A DNA stretch of 64,000 nucleotides from Takakia lepidozioides (Eukaryota; Plantae; Bryophyta), in contig CM060731.1 in the NCBI GenBank assembly GCA_030704615.1, positions 53,878,001 through 53,942,000 on the forward strand, read 5' to 3'. This document shows positions 22,891 through 37,200 of the stretch, piece after piece. A model generated the notes under the pieces. The model was not told where the DNA came from. It made no database searches and worked only from the letters and a program-made list of their open reading frames with translations. Both the position numbers and the translations under genes were made by a program. Positions within the stretch are counted from its first letter, which is position 1. Each line of letters begins with the position of its first letter.

Positions 22891-25760
22891 TCAGTATGAT
22901 AACCTCTTGCAACCTATCATTCCCATAAAAGTGAATAGCTTCTCCTTAGCCAGAGCCTTGGTAAGAATGTCCGCAACTTGCCGAGTTGTATGGCAGTAGA
23001 CTAAATTTATATCCGAGCCAACTTTTTCGCGAATGAAATGATAGCGAATGTCGATGTGCTTGGTGCGTGACTGGTGAATTGGGTTCCTTGCCAAGTGAAT
23101 GCAACCCTGGTTATCAGCAAACAACGTAGTTGGGACAGTCTGTGGGAAACCAATGCCGTTCATAAAACTTCGTAGCCAAAGTGCATGCTTGGTAGCATTG
23201 CTCGCAGCAATGTACTCAGCTTCTGTACTCGACAAGGCAACGGTCCGTTGCTTGCTGCTATTCCAACTGATTGCGCCTCCTCCGAGCATAAACACATATC
23301 CTGATGTGGATCTTCTGTCATCCACGTTCCCTCCCCAATCGGCATCTGTATAGCCATGATAGTCGTTGATACTTGGACTTCAAGCTCACGGCTACTCCAC
23401 TGAACTCAATCCCGAAATCGAGTGTTCCTTGTAGGTATTTGTAGACATGCTTGACTGCTGTCCAATGTGCAGGTCCAGGGCTGATCATAAATTGACTCAA
23501 CACCCTTATTGGATAAGCAAGGTCTGGCCTTGTCAACACCATAGCCCACATCAAACTCCCAACTGCACTTTGGTAAGGAATGTTGATCATCCTAGTCTTT
23601 TCTACTGCAGTACTAGGCTGCATGGTAACAGAGAGTTGAAACCTTGGATTGAAAGGTGTAGAAACGGTGTGACACTCACTCAAGTTGAACTCCTTCAACT
23701 TTTCAAGTATGTACCTTCTCTGGTGAATGAAGATTCTCCTCTCAATCCTATTTCTGACAATTTGCATGCCTATAAGGTAGTGAGCCTCACCCATGTCAAC
23801 CATTTTGAAGAGCTCCATAAGCCTCTCTTTGATGACCACCATCTCTGCTTTGTCATCACATAAGAGAAGAAGATCATCGACGTACACAGCTATAATAGCT
23901 ATATACCGTCCTTCAAGTTGGAAAACACAAGGATCTGAGGTGCTTTGTTTCCAACCCTCTGAGAGAAGACAATTTGCTAGCTTGAGGTACCAAGCCCGAG
24001 AACCCTGCTTCAGACCGTACAAGGCCTTTTTCAACAAGCAAAACTTCTCTTCTTTTCCTTCAGCCACAAACCCTGGAGGTTGTTTCATGAAAATTTCTTC
24101 CTCTAACTCTCCATTCAAAAATGCAGTATTCACATCAAGTTGATGAACTTCAAGGTCCAAGATTGCAGCAATGGCAAGTAAGGTACGAAGTGTATCAAAC
24201 CTTACAACTGGGGCAAAAGTCTCAGAGTAATCAATGCCCTCACTTTGCGTGAAGCCTTGTGCCACCAATCTCGCTTTGTATTTTGAGATTTCTCCATCAG
24301 TATTCCTTTTTATCTTATAAACCCATTTGCAACCCACAGGATGTCTGCCCTTAGGGAGGTCCTTTAACACCCAAGCTTCATTCTCCTCCAGAGACTCCAT
24401 TTCCTCTCGCATTGCCATCTCCCACTGTTGTGAACTCCCGCTTTCAACAGCTTCATTGAAGTTGCGAGGCTCTTCTGTGACTGCAACCTTCCCAAGCGCA
24501 TAGATTCGAGGATCATACACTACCGATGGTTTACGTACTCTCGTAGACTTTCTAAGATGGTCAACATCCTGGATATCTTCTGGGACATGCTCTTCCAAAA
24601 CTTCACTAGAAGTGTACTCCGGTGTTGCATGTTGCTTTGCACCAGTAGACTTTGCACCGTCCAGTCTTCAACTATCTTCATCTGAAACGATGATTTTGCC
24701 TCGTTCCCATCGTCCAATGTGAATGGTCGGGGCATTAGTACACGTTCTCTCTTTTCTTCTTCGGCGCGCACAATGTCTCCCACTTCATCACATATGACGT
24801 CCTTGTTGTGGATAATACGCTTGGTGCTAGGATTGTACAAACGGTAGTTTGGAGTCCCCTCATCAAATCCTAGCAAAATGCACTTATCAGCCTTGGAATC
24901 AAGTTACCCACGTTGCTCATTGGGCTTTAGGACATAAGCCACACTTCCAAACACCCTGATCCTAGAGACATCTGGCCTTTTTCCACTCCACGCTTCCGCC
25001 GGTGTAGCATTTCAAGAGTGATGACATGGGGCTAACGTTCTGGAGATAGTTTGTTGTCAAAATAGCTTCACCCCAAAAAAAATGGTTGAGGTGCTTGTGT
25101 TCCAACATAGCTCTCGCCTTCTCCATCAAGGTGCGGTTGAGGCGTTCCGCTAGCCCATTTTGTGCTGGTGAGTCACGACCACTCGTCAAACTTTCAATCC
25201 CTGCAGAAGCAAGAAAGCATGCAAATGCTTTTAACTTGTACTCTCCGCCTCCATCTGACATCAGTTTCTTGATTCTCAAGCCTGTTTGGTTCTCCACCAA
25301 TGTTTTGAACTGCCGAAATTTCTCCAACACTTGGTCTTTGGTCTTTATGAGGTATACGAATGATTTTTTGGACTTCTCATCAGTGAAGGTTACGAAGTAC
25401 ACAGAACCAGAGTGTGTAGCAGTCCTCATTGGACCGCACACATCAGAATGTATAAGCTCTAGCAAGTCTCGAGCGTCTCTCCTTTCTTCATCACTCTTCA
25501 CTTGTTGTTTGTGAAGTTTTCCTGCCACACATGCGCCACAAAACCCTAGCTCTACCTTTTGGTCCAACTCCAAGCCCGTCACCATTTTCTTCATTAAGTG
25601 GAGGTTTTGAAGGCCTAGATGACCTAGCCTGTCATGCCATAACTTTGTCAAACCAGTAGTTGACACATGGGCTTGGATATTAGGCACAGCTTTACATTTC
25701 ATCTTGTAAAGTCTACCATCCAGTTCTCCTTCCCCAACCAGTTTGACTCCTTTCCAAAGC
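22891..25760 (-). pseudogene. Copia pol (GAG-pre-integrase, integrase, RT, RNase H), frameshifted
   Basis: [74 protein letters not shown]. Confidence 0.95.
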
Positions 25761-26817
25761 TGTTAGAGGACTGTCGGGGACTTAGACACTTATACGGGAT
25801 CTGTAGGGTACCCTTAATTTTTGCACAGACTGAGACCAACAGGAGCCTTAGGGGTGACAGCAGCGCACTGTAGAGGGGGGTTACACAGCCCGGCACAGCC
25901 AACACAGCCCGTCACAGTCGTCACAGCCGACACAGCCAACACATCCCGTCACAGTCGTCACAGCCAAAACAGCCAACACAGCCAAAAAGCCGTCACAGTC
26001 GTCACAGCAGACACCAGCCAACACAGCCGACACAGCCACACACGCAAGTCACAGCCCGACACAGCCAAACACAGTCGCACAGCCAGTCACAGCCCGTCAC
26101 AGTTTCACACAGCCAGTCACAGCTTGACACAGCTGTCACGATCATAGGGAACGAAGAGTAGGACAGGGAACGACTGTGGGGAACAACACCTGCGAAGGGA
26201 ACATGTTAGTTCACAGACGACGGTTAGTGAGGAAACGGTTAGAACCGCGGATAGGAAGATAAAGGGAGAAACGGGGAATTGAGGAACATCATTCGGAGGA
26301 GGACTTTTGGTGATAGAGGAGAGGGGATCGGGCAGAGATGAGGAACGGAAGTGAAGATAGAGAGATGATGAGTAGATGCTTGATATATGCAAGGCTGTAA
26401 TGATATTGTAGAGCAGATTAGAGACACAATGGCTTCGGCCTGATACCTGATAAATCATAATCGGATACTTTTACGATACAATCACACTGTGTAGAGAGAT
26501 CTGAGTGAAGCTGTGGAATGAATGGATGAGTGATGGAATCCAATAGATTGATAAAGCAAACTGATACTTAATTATCAATGGTAAGATAGCTAAACATGAA
26601 TACCAAAAGGGAAACAAATAGGAAACACCCCCATGATACACTAGCTGTAGGTCATGACTGATTGTTCTGCGCGGGCTGAGTACTTAGAGATTTCCAACTC
26701 TTCTATCTTGGAGTTTCCGCCTCGAATAGCGAAGGGATGGGTGAGTAAAAGCCGCGCGACATTTGGCGACCATACTGGGGACCTGGGACATGAACAACCA
26801 GATGTGACAGGCATCTG

Positions 26818-27348
26818 GTGGGATCATGGTGGTTGGACATTAAAGAATTTGAAGTGAATCAAATTCCCTGTGGAACGAAGGAAGAAAGATTGTCCAAACA
26901 ATTCTTTCAAAGGTTCTTGGAATTGCCAGACGGTTGTAAAGAAAATATTCTTAAACGAGTGCATGATGCTGATCCAGAATGGGGTCTGGAGAAAGGAGTG
27001 ATAAAGATTTATCAGGTAGCCTGTAGAGGAAGAGCACGTTGGTTACCAACATTGGTTTATGTGATAGCATTGCTATCCATTAAACGAGTAGAGTTTGAAG
27101 GCTGGGAAGAAAGAAAGGTGAATGTTTATACTCATATGCATGAAGAGCTTGTACTGGTAAAGAATTGGATTCCAAAGGATATTTTGTGGATCAAACTCAC
27201 ACCAAGAACAGCTTTTCAGACTTGTTTGCCATATGGTTATATGGTAACGGAGACTTCAAGTATAGCCAAGGGTGCATTGAAGCTTGAAAGAAACCCAGGC
27301 ATATACGAGAGATATTACAGAAGAGAGTTTTGGTTATTGCCACATTAA
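26818..27348 (+). CDS. Extra ORF upstream of Gypsy gag, unknown function
   Basis: 176-aa open frame between the PBS and gag, with protein-like composition. Confidence 0.5.
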   Translation: MGSWWLDIKEFEVNQIPCGTKEERLSKQFFQRFLELPDGCKENILKRVHDADPEWGLEKGVIKIYQVACRGRARWLPTLVYVIALLSIKRVEFEGWEERKVNVYTHMHEELVLVKNWIPKDILWIKLTPRTAFQTCLPYGYMVTETSSIAKGALKLERNPGIYERYYRREFWLLPH

Positions 27349-27370
27349 AAAGAAATGAAAGACATGGGAC

Positions 27371-30300
27371 ATGAGTGATGAAAGAGAAGCTAGACGACAG
27401 AGATATTCAGCAAAAAGAGAAAGCTATCTGAAAGCTAATTATCCATATCTTTGGGAGAGAGGAATAGACATAGGGGAATCATCTGGACCTCTCACACCAT
27501 TAAGATCAAAGAGTGCATCACCTATACCGGAAGAACTAGAGTTGGATGCCACTCCTTCTGTTTCTTTGCAAGAAAGATTAAGGGAATTGGTACAGGAAGA
27601 AGATCAATCACGAGGTGAAAGATCTGAGGTACATCCTTGGATAAAAGACTTGACAGAAATCTTTGATAAGAGTTGGCATGGAACACCAAAAGCAGGAACT
27701 CCAGTTTCTGAAGCAGAAAGGAAGAAGGAGAGAGGATGTGGCAGAGCCAACGGAGAGTTCAGACTCTCCAACACCATTACAGTTGAGTTACATGAGTGAA
27801 GAAGAAACCCAAGGGCAGAACTTGGAGGATGAAAACAGAGAGAAGAAATTAGAAGAGGAAGAATATGAAGAAGTAGACCAACAGCTGAGGTTGAGACTAC
27901 AACCAGGACATCCCAACCCGTTGGACCTGGATCAAGTGGAGCACTTGGATCACAGGCCAACGAAGGTGTCGGCTCAGGGGGATCAGGCGGGCTGCCTGGA
28001 TCTGGCTCTGGGGGGACAGGGAGTGTGGGAAGTAGTGCAACTGAAGCTGGGAATACTGTGAATATCGTGGGGCCAGAAGCAAGGAGTGCTCAAGGGCCAC
28101 CACTTGGTGGAAGATCCACCACAAAAACAACAGGTCCAGAAGGACCAGCACCAGCAAGGGTGCCAGCACCTGTCAGTGGGCAGAAGGTAGGGCCACAGAT
28201 GGCGTTACAACCAACACGGGCAAAACCACCCTTTCCAATATATTCAGGAAAAGGGGATCCCGATGTACACATTAGCCAATTTGAGCACATGTGTATAGTG
28301 AACAATGAGAATGGCGATGATGCCAAGATGAGACTGTTTCCTTGTTCACTTATCAAGAAAGCAAGTGAATGGTATGCAAGATTTCCTGATAATCATTTCC
28401 TAACCTGGAATGGCTTGAATACAGCATTTCGAAATAGGTTCAGGACAAGTAAAACTGAGGATGAAGTGTATGGAAGTTTACAACAGCTGAAGCAGAAGAA
28501 GCATGAAACTGTTGAAGAGTATATGGAGAAGATGGAATTGATGATGAAAAAGCTGGCTGCAGTACCAGCGCCGGTTTACAGAAGACTTGGTTTGTGAGTG
28601 GACTAAGACCAGAGTTGCAAAAGAAAGTGGATATGTTACCCCATAATACAGTGGAGGAGGCATTTGAAACTGCGAACAGAATTGAGCAATTGGGAATGCT
28701 CAGGAGAGAGAAAAAAGAAGATGAGGACTCTGAGGATGAGTCAGATGAAGAAGAAGAGCAAGAACTAAAAAGAAAGAGTAAGAGAAAGGAGAAGTTGAAG
28801 AGGGATAACTATGAAAAAAAATGGAAGAAATCTTGAAGAAGTATGCCACAGAGGCTGCAACACATTGGAGGAAGGGTGTATGGTGTGCAAAGTGCCAGAA
28901 TGAAGGCCATACCACCACAGAATGCCACATGAAGGAGAAACACTGTACTATCTGTAAAATGGATAACCATTCTACTGAGAATTGTTACTACAACAGAAGG
29001 ACAGCTGCAAGAGAACCTAGGCAAGTAAGGGTGCATCAGGTGCAGCCCCAGCCAAGAAGAAACAATGATCAGGACCACTATGGTAGGTCTGGTGGTTATA
29101 ACAATGGCATGGAAGGGAGAGGTAATTCAAGAGGGAATTACCAAGGAAATTCCAGAGGCAACTATCAGGGTAATCCAAGGGGGAATTACCAGCCCGGGAA
29201 TCAGGATTATAGAAATAATCCAAGAACAGACCAAGGGCGAGGACCCAATGGTGAAGAGCTATGTTACTATTGTAATCAGCCAGGACATCGCAAGGCAGCC
29301 TGTTCATTCTGGATAAGACACCAGAATGAGATGAGAGCTCCTGTGAATGAGGGCCCAGTGGTGGCAGCTCACATGGTTAGGCCATGTGTTGTACCAGAAG
29401 TAAGTACAATGATAGTAACAAGAAGTAAAGCCAAACTAATACCTCCAGTAGAAGAGGAAGAAGATGAGACTGGAAGTGGCAATGATATGCCTGAAGATGA
29501 AGAGACTTGGAAAGATGAGAAGGAACTGCACAAGGAAGTGGCAGATACTATAAGGGAAATGCAAAAGAGTACTGATATTCCTGTGGCAGATTCCTCTGAT
29601 TCGGATGGAGAAAAAGAAGGGAGTGAGGAAGAAAGGAAAAAAGAAGATGCAGACATGCAAAGTAATGAAGAGACTTTGGCTGAAGTAATATGTCAGACCA
29701 AAGCAGAAATTACCATTGGACAGCTATTAGCTGTGGCACCTTATTGTAGGCACAGGCTGTATCAAGCAATCAATCGAATTGCCCAAGAGACAGGAAACAC
29801 AGACCTGAACAGCAAGGTGACCAGTTATAATGTGAAGCCGGAAGGGCGAGAACAGTCATGGACTTTGATGATTCTATGCCAGTAATCCAATTGAGAATTG
29901 GAAGCACAGAACTAACTGATGTACTGATAGATGGTGGTTCTGGAGTAAATATCATGACAGACCAATTAAGGAAGAAGCTTGGTCTAAGTAACATGAAACC
30001 AGCCCCATTTACAGTAACAATGGCAGATCAAAGAAGTGTACAGCCATTGGGATTAATAAGAGGAGTTAAGATACAGATACAGAAAATGATCTTTATGATC
30101 ACAGTAACTGTATTAAAAATGGATGAAGTCATGGAGGCTTACTCCTTATTATTGGGACGTCCGTGGCTGAAACAGGCCAGGGTATTCCATGACTGGAATT
30201 CTCAGTTACTAACCGTGCATAATGGGATACACGAGATACAAATTACCACAAAGAAATCTAGTAGATTACCTGCTACAAGAAGACCTCGAGGAGTCAGAGA

Positions 30301-33300
30301 GTATGACTGGAGAGGAGGACTGGATGAGGAGCAGGAAGCTACCCTATTTGCTGCACACCCAGAGTGGGAGCAGGTTGCAGAGATGCGGCTGGAAAGCCTA
30401 AGTTGTTTGAGAGGTATCTGCTGTGGTGTAGTGACAGCAACACCAACTGAAGAGAGAAGAAACCAGCATTTACCCATCACATTTCTATGAAGAAAGAGAA
30501 GGAGAAATAGAAATCCTAGAAGAACCAGCCACTGTGAGCTTACAGGATGAAGTGGTGACTGGTTGGACAATCACAGCTGATGAGCAGGTGAGAGAAGTAA
30601 ATGTGGGAACTAAAGAGGAACCGAGGATGGTGAAAGTAGGAGCTGATTTGGAGCCGGAATTCTTCGAAGAAGCTAAAAGCTTGTTCATCAAATACAGAGA
30701 TGTATTTGCTTGGAGCTATGAGGATCTAAAAGGGATACCACCTGAAGTCTGTCAGCATAAGATTGAACTGGAACCAGGGTCAGTACCAATCAAGCAGGCG
30801 AGGTATAGAATGAATCCCAACTACGCACAGAAGGTTGGAGAAGAGATAAAGAAGTTGGCTGAGGCTAAGTTTATATACCCAATAGAGTATACAACTTGGT
30901 TGTCACCCATTGTTATAGTTCCCAAGAAGAATGGCAAACTAAGAGTATGTGTGAACTATAAGAAGCTGAATGCTTGTACGAAGAAAGATCCTTTCCCTTT
31001 GCCATTCACAGAAGCAGTATTAGACACTGTGGCAGGCCATGAGATGTACTCATTCATGGATGGCTTCAGTGGTTATAATCAAGTGCAAGTGGCAGAAGAA
31101 GACCAAGGGAAAACAGCTTTCATCACAGACTGGGGGGCTTATGCATACAAAGTCATGCCCTTTGGACTTTGTAATGCACCAGCGACCTTTCAGAGAGTGA
31201 TAAGTGTGAATCTTTTCATGAGATGGATGATTTCATGCAGGTATTCTTGGATGATTTCAGTGTGTACAGCTCTAAGAATGAGCACTTGCATAAATTGGAG
31301 TTATGTTTGGCCAGATGCAGGATGAGAGGTCTGGGCCTGAATCCAGAGAAGTGTACTTTCTGTGTGAACTCAGGGGTGCTTCTGGGACACATTGTGTGTA
31401 AGAAGGGACTCCTTGTGGATCCCAGAAAGACAGAGTCCATTAAAGCCTCTCCACCACCAGTGAATGTTAAAAGTCTACGGAGATTCCTTGGGCAAACCAG
31501 TTATTACAGGAAGATTTGTCAAAAGGTATGCACAAATAGCAGCACCATTGAGCAAACTACTGAAGAAAGATGCAGTGTTTGCCTGGACAGCTGAATGTCA
31601 ACAGGCATTTGAGGAACTTACACTGTCAGTAACAACTACACCTGTGCTGATTAACCCTCACTGGCATGTAGTATTCCATGTTCACTGCGATGCATCAGGA
31701 GAAGCGTTGGGAGCGGTGTTAGCCCAGAATGTTACAGGGAATATAGATTCACCTGTGTACTATGCTAGCCGGTTGATGAACAGTGCTGAGAGGAACTATA
31801 GCACAACAAAGAAAGAGAAGCATTGGCAATGATCTATGCAGTGAAGAAATTCAGGCATTACCTGTTGGCAAGAAGTTTATGTTCTATGTGGATCACCAGG
31901 CTCTGATATACCTGGTAAACAAACCTCTGATAAGCGGAAGAATAGCAAGATGGTTAATAATCTTGCATGAGTTTGAGTTCGAGGTTATTTACAAGCCTGG
32001 CCGTTTGCATCTTGTGGCAGATCATTTGTCACGACTAACAACAGGAGAGGCCGCCACAGGAGTGGACGATCAGTTACCTGATGCGAGTTTATTTGTAATG
32101 GAGGTGCAAGGAAGTGCAGATGAATGGTTAGATTGGCAGTGGCCAATCAGATACTACCTTGCTCATGGTCAGTGCCCACCTAGTTATGGTAAGGAGCAGA
32201 GGAAGAGAATCGCTATCAAAGCTTTACCTTATACTATGGTAGGAAGCAGAATGTATAAGTTAGGACCTGATGGAGTACTAAAACGATGCTTGTACCACCA
32301 TGAAGTAAATAAAGTTTTGGCGGAAGTTCATAAAGGAGTGGCTGGAGGTCATTTTGGAGAAGAGACTACCAGTAGAAAGATACTACTCGCAGGATACTGG
32401 TGGCCTACTTTGTTCAAAGATGTACACGAGTATTGTCAGAAGTGTGATGAATGTCAGAGGCTAGGACCTTTGCAGAGATCTGGAAGGATGGCCTTGCATC
32501 CTACAATGCCTACGGAACCATTTCAGAAATGGGGACTAGACTTTGTTGGACCAATTAACCCACCATCCAAGAATACACGAAACAGGTACATAATTACAGC
32601 CACTGATTATACTACAAAGTGGGTGGAAGCTAAAGCTTTGAGGGACAACACAGCCAAGTCCACAGCAAGGTTCCTGTACGAGAACATACTTACACGATTT
32701 GGCTGTCCCTTAGAATTTATCAGTGATCAGGAAGTCACTTCATGAATGAGACCATTGAGTTGTTGACTAAAGAGTTTATGATTGTGCATAGAAAGAGTAC
32801 AACATATTACCCACAGGGTAATGGGCAGGCAGAGGCTACCAACAAAATACTATGTACTATCTTGGCTAAGATAGTCAATGCAAACAGAACGGATTGGGAT
32901 ACAAAGCTGCTGACAGCTTTGTGGTCATACAGGACTTCATATAAAGTCACCACTAAGTATACACCATTCCAATTAGTTTATGGTATGGAAGCCTTACTTC
33001 CAGTGGAATTCCTGTTACCTACCATGAGAACGGAGTGGGGAAAAAGAATGGAATTGCAAGACTCCATCAAGGTCAGGAAACATGAATTATACCATGTGGA
33101 AGAAGTACGTGCTGATGCAGCTGATAATATGACCAGAATTCAGATGAAGCGAAAGGAACAGTTTGATGAAGGCAAGTTAAAGACTTTTAAGACGGGGGAT
33201 TTGGTTCTATGGTTGCAGAAGAAAGGAAAGATTCAAGCTTCTAAGCTTAAATCACCGTGGAAAGGACCTTATGTCATACAAAAGATGTATGATAACAACA

Positions 33301-33572
33301 CCGCCATGTTACAAACCATTAACAAAGAAATGCTGGGAAGAGTCAATGCAAATAAGTTGAAGGGGTACAGTGGTATCCATGACAAACCCCTGCAGCATGA
33401 TTTGCATGTTGAACCGCAAGAGCAGTCACGGGCTGCACCAGTGTTACGAACGGAGTATGGAACACTTGTCGCTAGGCCAGCATATATGACCAGGGTGGGC
33501 AAAACAAACGTGACACAGCCTATCACAGCCCATCACGGCGCACACAGCCTATCACAGCCCATCACGACGTGA
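27371..33572 (+). pseudogene. Gypsy gag-pol with multiple frameshifts
   Basis: Gag YSGKGDPDVHI...ASEWY, three CCHC knuckles, protease LIDGGSGVN, RT YSFMDGFSGYNQ/FLDDF, RNase H HCDASG, integrase GHFG..CDECQ, WGLDFVGP, QGNGQAE, PWKGPY. Confidence 0.95.
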
Positions 33573-33750
33573 CACAGCCTATCACAGCCCATCACAAGTG
33601 ACACAGCCTATCACAGCCCAGCACGACGTGACACAGCCTATCACAGCCCAGCACGGCGCAACACAGCCTATCACAACCTACCACAGCGTGTCACAGCCTA
33701 TCACAGCTTACCACAGTGCATCACAGCCTGTCACAGCTCAACACAGCCTA
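33505..33750. repeat. ~29-30-bp CACAGCC-rich tandem repeat after pol
   Basis: ACACAGCCTATCACAGCCCA..ACG repeated about 8 times. Related CACAGC tracts lie in both LTRs (25884-26140, 38151-38390). Confidence 0.9.
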
Positions 33751-34223
33751 CTAAAGTTACACGATCCATAGAATCAGTGACAAGTGGACACATAATAACT
33801 TCAGGAAAATGGCTGACGGAAGAAGAAACGGAAATTACTTTAAAAATAGACACGTGGAGGTCAGGGCGCGACACACAGCCGAGAAGGAAGTGCAAGAACA
33901 GGTGTCAAAAAGAAAGAGGACAAGAACGGCCGTCAAAAGGGATGAAAGGCGGGCCCATTAATGAGTACGGAAAAAGGGAAACGGAACGAACGGCAAGTAC
34001 AGAAAAGCGGAATTCTTGTCACATGTGTGATCCTAGTGGACTATCCAACAGGGAAAGTCCACTAAAGAAGATAAAATCTAAAATCCAGTCACAGCGGATA
34101 CAGCCAATAGAAAACCAGAGAAAAGATCAAGAAAATGGAGGGAAATTGAGCGCAAGAGGCGGCGTCGTTCTGAGTAACGGGCGTCTCGACAGGACAGACC
34201 ATCAATGCTATACCTTGGAAACT

Positions 34224-37200
34224 ATGGAGGAACTAACAGACTATACGCTCGCAATATTACTTACGCAGTGGCATAGACACGAAAGGACAGAGCGGAGCTT
34301 TTCTCTTGAGCGATGCTTGCAAGCCCCGCAGGCTTACAAGAAATTACCCATAGCTTTCTGCGACAACCATACGTTTATGCTTTGTGCACTACAGGCATTC
34401 CTGCAGTTGTTACAGCCAAAACAGTTCTGTGAGTCTAAAATGAAGAGAGTGAGAGGAATGGAGGAAATCAGGGTGAAGAGCACCACAATTCTGCAGAAAC
34501 AAACGATTGCTACCCCACAGGCGATACAGATACTGGAGGAGCTGAGATTGCAAGGATTGCAAAGCCTAGATTGGACACTACACCATAGACAGTACATGTT
34601 ACAATTTTTGCAGAACTTTGAGCCAAGGACAGGAACAACAACGGTGAAGGGAGTTGAATTAATGATTACTCCCCTATACCTCTAGCAATTGTTTCGATTG
34701 CCAGCAGGTCAGGTGCATGTGGAGCAACACAGGGCAAGACTGCAAATAGAGGACTTATTCCAAGAAGGGAGTTTCTTTAAAACTCAGGGTTATGCTTGTA
34801 CCAAGGCTGTGTACCCAGGGTAAAAGAGGTAGGCCAGGTATTGAACGTTCTGATTGCCATGAAACAGAACCAACAGTATTTGAGCAGATCCTTCACGGAG
34901 GAAATACTCAAAGGCCTGAAGGGACGAGAGGTACAATGGGCGGACATAATGTACAACGCACTGGTAGAGGAGATGAAAAGATTACAAGGTACTACCGCAA
35001 AGTCTCCTATAATAGTGTCTGGCCCAATCATTGCTCAAATAATCCTTGATTCTGGCATACTTAATGCGCAAGAAAGAAAGGAAATGGGAGTGTTTGAGCC
35101 AGCAACAACTGCAATGGAAGAGCAAGGCCCTTCACATAGTGAGGGTGGACTAGTAGGGCAACCCGAGACTAAGAGGCAGAGACGGGGAAAGACTGTAGTG
35201 GCGGATCCACTGGCTTCACGGATTCCGCATGATAATGTTTCCCAAGCTCATGGCCAGGAAGGGGCACAGCAGCACAGAGAAATGCTATTACTGGAAGCAG
35301 GACCTTCGGAGAGGGAGGAGGAAGTTACTTCTGCATCACAACCATCACAGCCACCTGAACGACTTGTCACAAGGTCACAAGTTATCCATGCAGCTCAACC
35401 AGAAATAATTGATTTGGAAAGTGAAGGGTTAGATATTCCAACTACAGAACAGATAGTGGCAGAAATAGAGAAGGGGGACCTTCTCTATGAATATTCTGGT
35501 CTGGTCAAGGAGACAGAAATCCCAAAGGTGCAACAGTTGCCCAAGGGAAATCCTGAGGTGCATATAATACACACACCTGTGCCGGAGGTACCACAGGCGG
35601 AAGGTCATGACACTGTAGCACCGGTGTTAGATGAAGTAGTTCAGGAAGAAAATCCGGTGGGACAATGGCCTGAATGGTTAGTGAGACATCACACTGTTGA
35701 AGATCAGGAGGAACAGCAGCAACCTCACCATGATGACCCTCAACAGGCAATGCTGATGAGTTCCATAGGCAGGACACTTATTTTGTTGGGGACTTATGTC
35801 AAATCCCATGTTCCAATTACCCAATTGACAGCCTTGAAAGAGGAACTCAGGAAGGAGTTTGAGGCTCGACTTGCCACTGAGTGTGCAAACAAGGTCGATG
35901 AAGAGGTCACTCTCAAGATGAAGCAGGACTTGGGAAATACAGAAATGGCTTTGCAATTGGCCAAGCAACAATTGATTGAGGCAGGCCTCGCGCAAGACCA
36001 GTTGCACGAAGCACATAAGCAACAGCTATACCAAATACAGGTGCAGCATGAAAGTAAGTTGCAAGAACTGAATGCACTACATACGGAGTTGCAGACAGTG
36101 CATAACAGGATGGCGATACAATGTGCTACATTTACAACTATGCTTGACCAATCTACAAAAGAAATAAACAGTCAAGCGGAAAAATGTACGAAGGCAGAAG
36201 AAGAGAATGTTGAGCAAATGAAGCTCATTGTCGATATGAAGAATACAATCTGTCGCAATGAAGATACTTTCAAGCAATACAGGCAGATTGAAGCTGATCA
36301 AGAGAAGCACATCGTGGAGTTGCAACAAACCATCATGGCCAATAGAAATGAAATCGCGGTCAATAACAAGGCTTGGAAGGAAGCCAATAATCTACTTGCT
36401 GCTTATGCGCAATTGGTTGAACCTCAGGCGAAGCGCATGGAGGCTTTACAACAGCAGTTGGAATTGTACAAGCTGAGAGAGGAGCAAACTCTCAGGAGAA
36501 CCACAAGCAACTTGGTGGATAACAGCCTTATGCAGGTCTGGTCAGCACAAGGGCCAGTAGAGGGCAAAGCACCACGGAAGCTCACCCAAAGCGAGATGAA
36601 TGAGCTCAGGCTGCAGGTGCAGAACATTGCCACAACTACTATAGACAATGTCTATAGTAGGATAGCAGAGTTACAAGAGGATGTAGACGGACTCCAGACT
36701 CAAGTGGAAGACCTCACTTCAAACATCGACCAAAGAGTCTGTATCCCTCAGGAATAGCTAATGGCTTCTTATTTACAAGCCAGAACTTTGGCTTTTCAGT
36801 CTTCACAGGAGGTGCAGGAGATGCCAATGATACAAGAGCCAGTACCACCACCACCACAACAAGTCACTGTACCAGTAGCTGAACCTGTGGTTACTACAAC
36901 CACACCACAGCCACCACAGCAGGAGGTATGGGGCAATGCCGCTTTTAACCCACCTAAAACTCCAGCTGCAAGGGAGTACAGTAGGGCTATGATTATGCCC
37001 TTCAACCAAATTCCCATCATATTGGATTTGGCTTAGAAAGAATTTAGTCCTCCGCAGTCGTTCGCACATTACTACCAAATCATGCGTATTTGGCTGCCAG
37101 TGGCAACTAGGACTAAAGTTCTTCCGAACAATCGACATATTGAAGATCATCACTTTGCACAATACTGGCACGAGGCAGGTACCATGTTGAGGGAATTGAT

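Noticed and set aside
25821-26458. ORFs within the Gypsy LTRs (also 38089-38858)
   Set aside because: They arise from low-complexity CACAGC repeats and differ in frame between the two LTRs.
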